Part shown: positions 25,670 to 37,947 of the stretch, piece by piece
How positions within the stretch are numbered: position 1 is the first letter of the stretch
How the letters are laid out: each line of letters starts with the position of its first letter
Source: Harriotta raleighana
Lineage: Eukaryota
NCBI GenBank assembly: GCA_050575255.1
Contig: JBNZDD010013732.1
Location: 21,090,244 to 21,154,243 of the forward strand
Length of the DNA stretch: 64,000 nt
Reading direction: 5' to 3'
Made by a program: the position numbers and the translations under genes
The notes under the pieces: generated by a model
The model's database searches: none
The model's input: only the letters and a program-made list of their open reading frames with translations
Told to the model about the DNA's origin: nothing

Positions 25670-27723
25670 AGAGAGAATAGTGTCCCAGTATAAGTGCCCA
25701 TTGCAAGTTTTTTCAAAAACTGCCGTGTTTCATCAATATAAGGTATATTTCCAGAATGTTAGAGTCAGATGCAACAGCCGTACAAGTGTGCTTGTCTTAA
25801 TAATAACAATCCTTGCATGTTGTAAATAAAAGGGACGGAATTTGTAAAGTTACACTGGCCATATGTAAGTTTTTAAATGAGTAAGTATCATTAAGGTTTG
25901 GGCGCCTTGGGATGTCCTTCTGGTGTGAAAGGCGCTACACAAGTGTAATTTTGTTGTTGTTGTTTGGATAGCACTATTGCATAATCTTTTACACTAAATA
26001 AAATGCTACACAATTTCTTACATCACCAATAAAACAACATACTGCCATCCCATCGTTCCATCATTACCTCCTCTATGTCTGAACAGAATTGTGAGCCCAG
26101 AAATATGGAAATGAATATTTCTGTGGGCTGATGATAGCCAGAGTATCAAAGTGAAGCTAAGAATCAATCTTATTGTTGAAGCATGTAATAATAACAACAA
26201 CAACAACAACAACAAAATTACATTTATAGAGCGCGTTTCACNCACTTAACAGAATTTACTGAAATGTGTAGTGACTATATTTTGTAGTACAGTATCTTTG
26301 ATTTTCTCACTTAGATTTCCTCATCTTTCTCGAGGGTTTTAGAATTTATGAATTCAGATGTAAAAAAATATTAAGAGATATACGTTGCCACATTTTATGA
26401 GAATTTTATTCATTTCACTTTCTTTATTGAAGTTGATCATTAGGTTTTGAAGCATGTAGATATGGTACAGTTGATTTATTGGCAAATAAATCACTGAAGG
26501 TTGTATTAAATTCATGTCGTGTACATTATTTGGAGCAAAGAAGACTGCATAATAATCAGTCAGTCTCGCACATGATGGATTATTGTATTAATTCATAATA
26601 AAGTTAAAATGCCACTGTTATGAATAATCTCTAGTGTAGTGACAGATGTTCATTTTATAGCAGGAGACTTGGGACCACCTCCTGACGTGAAAGGCATTCT
26701 ATAAATGTAATTTTGTTGTTGATATTTCAAACACCGAGCAAATTAGATGCATTTGGTCCAGCTATAAATGGTTTCCAGGAGTTAATATGTTTGTTTCTTT
26801 CTGAAATTGTTACCAAGTGGAAGCCTCACCCTCTCTGTAGCACAGATTCTCATCACTGAATTTAACATGGTAGAAACTTGTTAGGATAGAATCAATGTTT
26901 CAGGATGCCAATAAGTGATATGCACCAACACAATAACATGCTGCAGAATAGACAGTAGAAGAGGTTCATATTGCAGATAAGATTAGCCATTCATAACATA
27001 AAATTGATGTATAGTATTGTTAGAATACTTGTCGGACTAGTTGAGACGTTGATCAGAATTAGAGCAATGTACAGATGTCAAAGAGCTTAAATATGCCCCC
27101 TGATTAATCCTCTGGGCGTGTTTCATTCCTCTGAATCAGTGGAACACAGACACTAATACATTTCAACATACTTTCCTGGCAGCTAGAATTGAAACCCGTA
27201 AATACTGGAGTATGCGGTATGCATTAAAATGAACACATATTGCATGATATACTGTAATGTGTTACTTAATCATATCCACCTAAAAAGGATTTTCCCCATG
27301 TATCTCTTGTAATGGGTTTGATCATTATACAGTAGTAAGTATTTTAGTGCTCATTTCTTTCAACTGTTGCCTTTGATGGATTTTATTTACTGCCTGGGAG
27401 ATTTATGAAACATTTTCTTTTTTTTCTCAAATGTTTTTCTTCTTTCACAGATTTTCTCCCATCCCCTTCCCCCGCAGGAGGCATTTAACTCTTTTATATT
27501 TCTGTGGGAGCTATTTTCCCTCTGACGATGCAGTCAAAGAGTCATTTTTCTTGTGTGAACCATGATCTGTTAAGTTGGCAAAGTATTTTGGCCAATATTC
27601 TCCTTGCCTGGCATATACATAGTAGGGTCCACAAGATTTTGATCACTGCAGTGGCTAAAATCAGTTAACTGTGCAGACAGGGATCAATCCTCGGAATTTC
27701 GGTAGTTGATTTGGTTTAGCGAT

Positions 27724-27762
27724 TCGCTGAATAAACTCACTGACTCGCTGAATAAACTCACT
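27724..27762 (+). repeat. Short tandem duplication (21-nt unit tcgctgaataaactcactgac)
   Basis: Direct repeat visible in the sequence; second copy partial. Confidence 0.85.
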
Positions 27763-30071
27763 CACTTTGGGGTGGGTGAATTTCTAACTTACAGCGAGGT
27801 ACATTAATCCTTCAATTTCTACCTTGTGGTGAGGTACATTAATCATACTTGATGCTTTTTGCCACTTTGATGCACACCGCATAATATGAATGGATGGGTT
27901 TCAGTCTAAAAGTCTGCAAATGTTTCCTATTCTAGCTTTGGTTAAATCGAGGGTAAGATTTTTTTTGGATAGTATTGTAAGTGTTTATTTTACTTCATTA
28001 TTAAAGAAGAAAATTGGGATAGTGATAGACTTCAGGGAACCTACAAATGTTTGAATGCTGAAAATGGGCAGTAAACTGGTGCCTGCCACACAATAATTCC
28101 TTTTGAAATGGGATTTCTTAATAAAGAATGAGTGAAAACAAAATCTACCCTTTCTTAACACACCATCCGGGTTTACTCTAATATTTTTATATTCTTTTGG
28201 ATAATGTCATTATTCATCTTGGAGACAAATTATCATGTTCAGATCTTCATGTTGAACTGTCCGCTGCTAAAGTTCACAAGATTGTGTTCGTCAACTGTTC
28301 AGGAGCTGATGCTGGCACGTTAAAGTTATTTGTTCTAATAATAGCTGTTTTGTTATTTTCCATCCACTTTCTTGCTCACATTGTGCACTGCCCTATTCTC
28401 TAGCAACAGCATGGCCTTGGAATGTTCATCTGACTGTACCAGGGACATATATATGTGCCTTTCAAAGCTAGGTGTTTCTCCTTCAGTTTGAAAGCAGTTA
28501 ATGAGGATACAATATCAAGGGGAAACTGCCAATCAGAGGAAACTGTCCCAAAACTCTAGATGTGTTCAACCCGCACATCTTGCTGCTGCATGAATTGGAA
28601 CTACATCACTGTCTTAATCAGATAGCACACACTACAGATTATGCTTTGATGATCTGGCAGATTATGATCTGACCTTGATGCATCTGATTACCAATAGTCA
28701 AACCACAACCAGCTTCATGTTGCGTAAAGTTTTCGTGCAGCAGTGGCAGTAGAATGGCAACAAAAAGAGCGTAACCATATTTGTTGACACCGGTTATAAA
28801 CGTGTATTGCCAGAGACAAAGAAACTGTATCAACGGAATGCAAAGCTGTACTGTAGTGCAGCTCATTCAATGGACCCACCTTTGTCAATATACAAGGGAC
28901 ATAGCTTGATTAAAAAGTAATTCAGAATATTTTTCTTTTGTTTTCTATTATTTTGTCACTTGTGATGCGCATATGCCAGAAAAGGCACATTCCTACACTT
29001 TAATCTCCCCCATCCTCACCCTCACCCCCACCCAGCCACACCAAACAAAACAAAACATGTTACTGCAGCTACAGATCCAGTAAAAACCATTACCCAGGTT
29101 ATTCCCACTCTGGGGGTATTGAGTTAAGACTCTTCTTCACCAGGTTTCCCCTCCCTAAGATGGGGAGTCCTGAAGTCAGATATAACACCAATATAGTATT
29201 GCTGTGGTTGAGATCAGTACGCCACTGTAAATCAAACATGATCCATTTTAATTTCTCTCCATTTTCCTAACTGTGCTCTTTATCAAAGACAGGGAGAAAG
29301 AAAGCGTAGACCTTCTGAACCCCAATGATACTCAGTAGGATGTACATATATGATTATCTATGGTTGACTCTCTAGCCCTACTATCTAAGGATTTGGATGC
29401 AATGTGTGCTTGTGGGAACTTTGCCAGTTTATATGGGTTGAAATATGAAGCAGCAAAAGTCTTCTTTCAAGCTTCATGACATTTGATGAGATTTACAATG
29501 TTCTGATGTATGTCATAAATCATGGCACATTTTTATGAAATAGTTTCTTTGAATTTAACCTGCTGTTGAAAGATGCTTTATGCCTTATTTTGCATAGTAC
29601 TACAGGTTGAGGATCACAAAGCAAATGATCAGGAAAACAAAATCCTTCATTCAATAATAGAGGTTAATTCCCCATCAAGTGATCAATCTATGTGTTGTAT
29701 CATAGGTGTGCAATGGTGTTCACTTTCTGCTATGTCATTTGGTTATTTCATAAATTACTTCTAATTTATTGTAATAATAATCATTGCAAAGTTTGTCAAA
29801 GGATTTAATATATATTGTAATCTATTTATTATATATTTGTGGACAAAGCTAATTATTTGACCACAGCTGATCATCACACCTTCACTAGAGCTCTCTGTTT
29901 ATTTGTGATAATCCTTGCATTTCATGTTGTGTCTCATCATGTCTTTGTAAATTAACTGTATATTTTATGGACGAAACGCCTCAACCAACAGAAGTGTTTC
30001 ACAGCAGTGTACAACAATCATTGTGGATCCAGTGACCAAATTATTACTGTTATTTAAAAATATTAATTTAA

Positions 30072-30225
30072 AGGATTATTAACCCCCAGAAAATGGTCCA
30101 CCAATATCTACTCCTAGGTAACAATGTGGATTAAGAAAATTTGCCTAAGGATTCGCCCTGCCTGGGATTCAAACCCAGGTCCTTTCGGAAGCGAGGCAAG
30201 TGCTCTAACCAATACACAATGGGAC
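30072..30225 (-). mobile_element. SINE 5' half (tRNA-derived head), antisense
   Basis: gggattcaaacccagg (B box reverse complement); near-identical layout to 52955-53109. Confidence 0.7.
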
Positions 30226-30668
30226 TGCAATGAGCAGAAGTACAGCAGATTCGGCCCTCATTTCTACAGCATGCTGAGTGGGGGGGATCTAATATTTCTG
30301 TTGCCATATCAGTTGAGATCCTGGTCTATATGAATCAGTTGCTCATTGGACGAATATCCCAAGCCATTGGAGAAACTAATTACGTGCAAAATGAAACTTT
30401 TTGATGGGATTCCTGCTTCGATTATTCATATAGTCACATTAGGATGTTCTTTGAAGATCATCTGGATGGTCATTCACATTTGTGTTTTGTTAGTTTAGTA
30501 TCATTACTAACCTCATGTGACTGGTTAAGATGCAAGTGTCACTTTTGATGGTGAAAATGTTAGGATTTCACAAACTTTTAAATCTTTGACACATGGAGAG
30601 AAGCACACATATTGTGACCTTTCTACATTTTCACTCACATCACTTAATATTTTTCTTCTTTTGAACAG

Positions 30669-30744
30669 CAATTCTATCAAGCTTGTGAATCTGATCTCCA
30701 TATTTATAAGCACATGGCTAACTGCAGCTGGATTCATACATTTG
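30669..30744 (+). CDS. KCNMA1: KCNMA1 exon 7 (S4-S5 linker and S5): (S)[25 protein letters not shown]
   Basis: ttgaacag|CAATTCT...CATTTG|gtaagt; 76 nt; phase 2 in, phase 0 out. Confidence 0.98.
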
Positions 30745-31579
30745 GTAAGTACTCACTGTCAAAACAAGTTACCCAGGAGTGTTATTTCTCCTCAAAGCAG
30801 ACAGCTCCTTTCTAAATGTTCAGATCATTTAGTCTTCTCTACATTTCCATCTGAATTTTATTTTCCACAATTGTTTTGTCCTTCGTTTGAAAATCCTAAA
30901 TTATAAATTCAATAATTAAAGTCAAGTACAACATGAATGCTCAGGAAGTCTGTGTTAACCAAATTACCTTCAAAGGCATCAATCCTATTGTGGGGTTCAG
31001 ATGCCTTAAAGACTTTATTACAGTCATCTGAAACCTGCATTGCTACAAAAGGTTTGAAATCACTCCCATGAATTATTTTCGAGTGAATATTATGGAGTTT
31101 ACCAGAGGGGATTGGGCTTTTGGAAATTTTAGTAGAACACCTTTTGCTAATGCAGAGAAACCACATTTTAATGTAGTCATCTGGATCCAATATTAATTGT
31201 CTGTTTGTATAAAATATGATTTCAACTGCAATAAAGTTCCATGTATAATAAAAGTCAGAGCAAATACAGAGTAGTTTGTTCAGAATTTGCAAAATATGCA
31301 TGAAACAAAAAATCGAGGCTATGGTCTGGGATTGGTCCTTACCTACTTTGTTTGGATCTCACAAACCAAGTAAATCACTAACCCAGTAAGTAACTAACCA
31401 AGTAATTCACTGTTCTCTGGTCATTTTGTATAAGGAGTGAAATGTGTGTGTTGTGCCACTTGATGGCGCTGCAGTTATATCCCTGTCATAGGCCGCTCAG
31501 TGCCTGAAGAGTTCTTCTAAACTTCTACATTTATCTATTTTACTTCCCCTCTTCCCCCATTTCCCATTGTTGTTCATAG

Positions 31580-31819
<240 letters not shown>

Positions 31820-32781
31820 TAAAGCAAAGACCAAGCGAGACAGATGCACTGAAATCAAACTGAAAAAAAGACCTTTGTCTGCCTTGTTTGAGAAGCACAA
31901 ATTCCAGAAAAAAATCAATATATTAATGTTTTGCGTGTGAAGTTTAAACATTGATATTAGTTTGTAAATCTTCCAGCCCTCCGAAAAAAAAATATTGAAA
32001 TGAAGGAAAAATGTTGGATCCAGAATTCTTTGCACTGAATCACAAGCAGCTTCTATCAGTCAATCAGAAATCTGACAGACAGTTTGATGTCTGAGAGATG
32101 TATTTTATGCTGCAGCCTTCAAGGTCACTTACGCATGTGACTTAACAGCAGACCTATTGAAAGATGCATCTAATTGATGGAATAGTAATTAAATTGCTGG
32201 GTAAATCCACTAATTATTTCAAACAAAGTAAGGCAGATTTCAACTTAAAATATGTAAATAAGCATATTCAATGCTTTTCCTTTATTGGTTTATTTTATCT
32301 GACCTGCCACCTTACATTTGGCTACATCTTTTTTAGTAATCTTTGACATGAAGGGAAGCTAAGCCTACAGAACGTTTCTGTTCACATAATTCCCACCAGA
32401 TACGTAGAAAATAATTGTTTCCTGTGATGAGTGATTTTTCACTTTTCATCATTACCTGTGCTCTGAATAGGCTGCTTCAGTGATAATATCCCTATCAGAC
32501 AGGAATTGTGTGGGTCACATAATAACTCAATTTGTTTCACCATAATTGTAGATTGGATCAATCTGGGAGCCAATTCAGAATCTTGACATGACCTCAAACA
32601 CATAACCTTCTGTCTCGGATGAGAGGGTTAGCAACTAAGCCAGGCAGATATCTCACTGCTCTGAATTGAGGTATGAGCAGCTTGGCTACCACACAAATCC
32701 GAAGCTCTCCCCATTCTGGGACACACATGACCCTGAGACCATAGATATATTTAACGTCCTATGAATCTGCCTCCCCTGATT

Positions 32782-33095
32782 GGAGTCCTGTTAACAGTGG
32801 TTAGGGCACTTGCCTCACAAGCAAGAGACCTGGGTTCAATTCCTAGCAGGTCAAAATTTGGGCAAGTTTTCTTATTCCACATGCCTGACAAAAATCCATC
32901 GAGAAAAAAATAAATAAATTGGTGTGGTCACTTCAACCCATGACTGTTTGTAAAATACTGCTTTGCGCAATTGGCTGCCGCGTTTTGCCCACAAATATAC
33001 AGTGAACAGTGAATTAACTTTACAGAATATTGTGTGAAGCGCTTTGAAACATTTAAAAGACGTAAAAAGCGCTATATCTAATGCAAGAATTATTA
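32782..33095 (+). mobile_element. Full-length tRNA-headed Deu-core SINE
   Basis: ggagtcctg...gacctgggttcaattcc...gcgcaattggctgccgcgttttgcccaca...aatgcaagaattatt. Confidence 0.88.
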
Positions 33096-33439
33096 CGATA
33101 TAATAACCTCCCTTTAACAAGCTGGAGAAACTGAAAAGATGGTGCATAGGGCTCTATCGAAACTTATGAAACTTGCTGCTCTTCAGCACAGTTCATTAGT
33201 ACACCAAGCAGCATTTTTCAATGATCTTCAAGAATGCAGTTCAGCAGTTGGTGTTCCATAGTTGAGGAATACTTGCTTATTGCAAATAAAAATTTATTCT
33301 TTGCACTGTGGTGTTATCAGGCTGCTTGCGAGGCATTGCAGTACATTGAGATCTCTCAAGTTATGGGTGTGCACCAGAATTTGCAGAACCATTGGTATTC
33401 AATGAACTCCTCGTCCATTTCTCCACTGTGCTTTCGGGT

Positions 33440-33965
33440 TTCGTTCTTCTGCCTCATGGTCATATGTGGGATTCCTCAGCAAAATATCCTCAGTTCTCCT
33501 TTTTCTCATTGACTTGCACCCTTGGTGATGTCATCCACAGGCAGATGGTTCATTTACACATATATGGATGGGGATGACTCCCAAATCAACCTTTCTGTTA
33601 CCACCCTGAAATCCAGAACCAGTGTTGTTCTGATAGACTGTCCAGACTTTAAATCCTGGATGGGTTTCTCCTACTTATTATCTGCAAAACAAATGCTATT
33701 TTGTTTGTCATCCCGTCGTGCCTCACCTTAAATCTGCTTTATGCTCTTCCCCCATTTCACCTAGTGAATTTTCAGTCAGTTTGACCTCACTTCTGCAACA
33801 CTCCTCTGCCTTATCACCTCCCTCTGTGCTTTCAAAACCCATCCAGTCACCAAACTTCTCTTGATTGCACCTGATTCCATCTCCCCCTATCCCTTCTCCC
33901 AGTTCAGGCTCCCAGTTAGTCTTTGCAAAACATTTCGAGACATTTTTCCTATATGAAAATTGTTG
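33440..33965 (+). mobile_element. Highly degenerate L2-type LINE RT fragment
   Basis: Remnants GIPQ..IL and YMDGDDSQINL (YADDTQLYL-like); L2-like tail near 33930-33965. Confidence 0.55.
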
Positions 33966-35179
33966 TTTCTTAGTTATATTTGCTCCATTTCCATATCCTC
34001 TTCTCATAAATTGGTAACAGGCTTTAACAGCACCATTGCATTTTTCAGCAAGCAAACAGTGAGTATTCTGGATCCAACATTTGCAGTAATTATAGGGTGT
34101 CAACATTACCATTGCAAATATTCAGGCTTTTAAAATGTCCATTGTTTTTGCTGAAGACCCTTTGTATCTACCTACTGTTTGGTACTTTTGCAACAGTTTC
34201 TGGACATGATTGAGCAACAATAATGGTGTTTTTGCTATGTTGCATAGAGGAAGAGGATTTGAGCCCATTTATGTTTTCACCCATTGCCCTTGCAACATGT
34301 CACCTGTGCAGATACATTTTTATTGATTAAACTATATATTGAATATATCCTCATATGTAAATTTTTATAACTTTCATATTTAAATACTGTAATTGTGTTA
34401 TGATTTGAAACAGTCAGATTCCAGCCATAGAAACGCATTTGGCTGTTGGTCGATTTATAAATTAGAATTTGAAGAATTTTTAAGAAATATTTTGAGTAAT
34501 TTAAAAATGGTTTTTGAACATGGAATTGATAAATAATACAAATATGTAACAATGCTCATGGGGATCAAAGTTAAACAAGGATTACTAGATAGAGAATTCC
34601 TCCATTGATGTATTGAGAACCAATTCTTTTAAGAAAACAATTTCAGCATTTATAATCCAAATAGCATTTTAACCTCTGGGAGAGAAAAATCTTAAAGTTG
34701 TTTCAAAGGGCAATTCTATCTCCTTAACACTTTTTGTTCAAATATATATTTATATTCTCTTTAAATCACTCCTTTTGCTAGCCTTTGCTGTAAGCTACAT
34801 GCTTATTGTGGAAATGAGGAGCAATTCATTATGTTTCAACACATTCATTCATATTGGACACTCCCTACATTAGCCCCAGTGTCACAGTTGGGAGTTTTAC
34901 TGGCGTACATGATTATTTTTGTAACTATAATTTAGATTATACTTATTATTTTGATATAACCCAATCTTCTACGATACAGCAATGGGAAATGTCAAATGGT
35001 GGAATTTTCCAAGCATGTTTTTCCGATCTGGAACCACTATGTAAATCAGGAACTAATCCAGTAACACAAATGAAAAGAAAGCTCATAGAAAGTAAACCAA
35101 CAACAATCAAATCGCTTATTCTCATTGCAAATGAGGTCCATATTACAGTTCCCCACACCACATCCCCACACCCAATCAG

Positions 35180-35500
35180 TCTCTCTCTTTATATCCGTGG
35201 CATTTGCTCTATTGACTCGCTCCTTGCATTTCTCTTTCTCTCCCACTCTCTTAACACCTCTTGCATTTTGTTCCTTGCATCTATTTCTTCTCTCTTTTAC
35301 TTACTTTTTTCATCTCCTTTTTCTAACCCTTTTTTTCCCATCCATCTCTTTCCATCTCTCTCACTCTCTGTACTCCCCATCCCTTTCTTTTCTCTCTATC
35401 CTGTCCCTGAATCTCTTAACTCTGTTCACTTTTGCTTCTTGAATTCTTCTCTTTCTGCCCTAGTTTTACACTCTATAGATCTCTCTCAGTTTCTTTGAGA
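35180..35500 (+). repeat. Pyrimidine-rich low-complexity tract
   Basis: CT-rich run of about 300 bp. Confidence 0.8.
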
Positions 35501-37678
35501 ACCATCTCCATTTTAAAACTGGAAATACCAAACTAGCAGGAAAAGGATGTCCCTCCTCTGTATTTGTACCACAAATCCCATTAAATATGGAAATACTCAG
35601 AAAATCTGAGATTGCTGCAAAGCAAAACATTGTCTTGTACTGTTGGAACCAGGATCTTTCCAACAACAGCCAAGCAGAAAGTGGTTTAGAACAGATCTCA
35701 GAGGATGTTTGTTCATAAGTAAACCGTGATCTTTAAAACTTGGAGATTAAAATAGTTTAGGTGAACAGTTTAGGTCAAGATGAGAAATAGAAATGTGCAC
35801 CTTTATCGTCCAGTGCCACCAATCAGACTCCCAAGTTATTATTCACTATTTTATTGTTGACTGGGTTATTAATTACATACCTGGTTGTAAGGATTACAAA
35901 GTGAATCATGTTCTGTCATCATACTTCTTTTTGGTAATGATGATTACCAAAGCCCACTTCCAGGTCATTTGCCATATTTTAACTTATAGTCCCGCACCCC
36001 CAACACACACAAACATTGATATTTTTTGAAAGGGGTAGAATTGCCCTTAACTTTGATAATACTCAGATTGTTTTGAGTGCAGATTTTTTTCCCAATTAAT
36101 ATTTGTTTTTCCAAACTGCGATTACGCAACCTAAATGTGTTCTTAATCTCTTTTACATTAAAGTAATCTTCTGGGAATTATGGAATTTTGGCTGTTTCTC
36201 ATTTAAAGAATAGTTATGAAAAAGCTTTCAGTTAATGCAGAAACCTCAGAAAACTGTGTTTAACTTGAATTGTTTGATAGTGGAAGATTTGAATTTTCCG
36301 GCTTTGTATGTGTACACATGTCACTGTAAGTAATCCATTGTGTGATTTGTTCTTTTTTAAGAAAATTATGTTTAGAAGATTTTTTAGTGCGGTTTCCTTC
36401 TATGTCCCTCTCCAACTGCTAACAAACACGTGGTTTGGGGTGCTCTACAGAGCCTGTATCCCTGGATGAGATGAAGCTAATTGTATAAAATTGGAATCTA
36501 AAACTTTTGGGGAATATTTTAAGTGTTGGAATGATGCATTCAAATTATTGGTGTGCTGATGCAGTCCATGTGTATCCTCTAAAGATATTATTTGAGGAAC
36601 ATTAATTCTTGTAAAACCTTAATCCTGAATTGGCACATTCAATTTTATAATAAGAGCTTAAGCCCACATAAACAAACTTCTGTTTGCCATACATCTAGGT
36701 TGGCCATTAGACACACTTAAAAGATTTTCCTAATTATAAACTCATCACACAAAAGTTCAATAATTTTACCAACTATCAGAGGATAACACTTTGTGACTTT
36801 TTCCAACTTATTTGATTTATGAAATGAAGGCAATATATATTTGCAAATCTATGTGCATTAAGGAGGCCTCAATGTGATTTTGTTAAGCACTGCTTGGTGA
36901 AGTTTCAAATGTGTATGGTGATGTTAAAACACAAGGGTAAGAAGAATGAATTGTGAAATTGTGTCAATTATGACTCATTGAAATACTAAAACCTCCTTAT
37001 TGAACTAGATGATTCCCCATATCAATCATTCAAAACTCTCATCCAGCTGCAGCTCTTAGAAGCAGCCTTCCATGGGCAATGTGTTTGTTGCAAAAAACAT
37101 GGCAGATAGAAATTTTCTCTCGACTACTTTTGCATTTTTTTTCTTTCGATGTTGAATCCTATTAGCAGACTTTTTGAACTTGTTTACATAATCAGCTCTG
37201 ACTGACTTTGGATTTTGATTTAACTTTGAAACATTATTCTGGTCAAATTTGTTTTTGTGGAACATTTTCCCGAATCTCACAAACTAAAATGGCATAAACT
37301 GTTCCAATCTCCTTAATCTCATTTGCTGTTTTAGTGGATGTTTTGGGTTTTTTGCTTTTAGCTTCTTTCTAAGATCAGTGCTGCAGCACTGCTACAGAGA
37401 AACTTTACAAGTCGATGGAAGTTTCAGAACCTAAATGCAAACCAAAAACGGAGTTCCAGTTTCTTTAGCTAAAAAACAGTTCCTCCCTCTTAGAAGCCTT
37501 TTTACTTTGTGAGTTCTAGTCTCAGCAGAGCCAAGTTTTTTTAAATTATGTAGATCTGACTAATTCTTTTACAATTTCAGATCTTAAGAATATCTTCTGA
37601 ACCTTAGAACACAGCACCCTCTCCCCCTCTTCAGCCTCTCTTTTTAGTCTATTCTTCTGTCTCCTATCTTCTTCTTAG

Positions 37679-37771
<93 letters not shown>

Positions 37772-37855
37772 TAAGTATCCCATGAGGCTCTACTGCCTCT
37801 GCTGCAGTAGAACACTCTCTGCATGCCATTCTCTTTTTCTGTTTCATGCATGTAG

Positions 37856-37947
37856 GCAATGTTTGCTCGCTACGTACCAGAAATTGCTGCTCTCATCCTT
37901 AATCGGAAGAAATACGGAGGGAGTTATAAATCAACTCGAGGCAGAAA
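37856..37947 (+). CDS. KCNMA1: KCNMA1 exon 9alt (mutually exclusive paralogue): [30 protein letters not shown](K)
   Basis: tgtag|GCAATG...GGCAGAAA|gtaagt; same length (92 nt) and phases as exon 9; open frame; 85-nt spacer intron. Confidence 0.95.

Noticed and set aside
34854-35498. 214-aa ORF
   Set aside because: Non-ATG start, and its length comes from a stop-poor CT-rich low-complexity tract; no recognisable domain.
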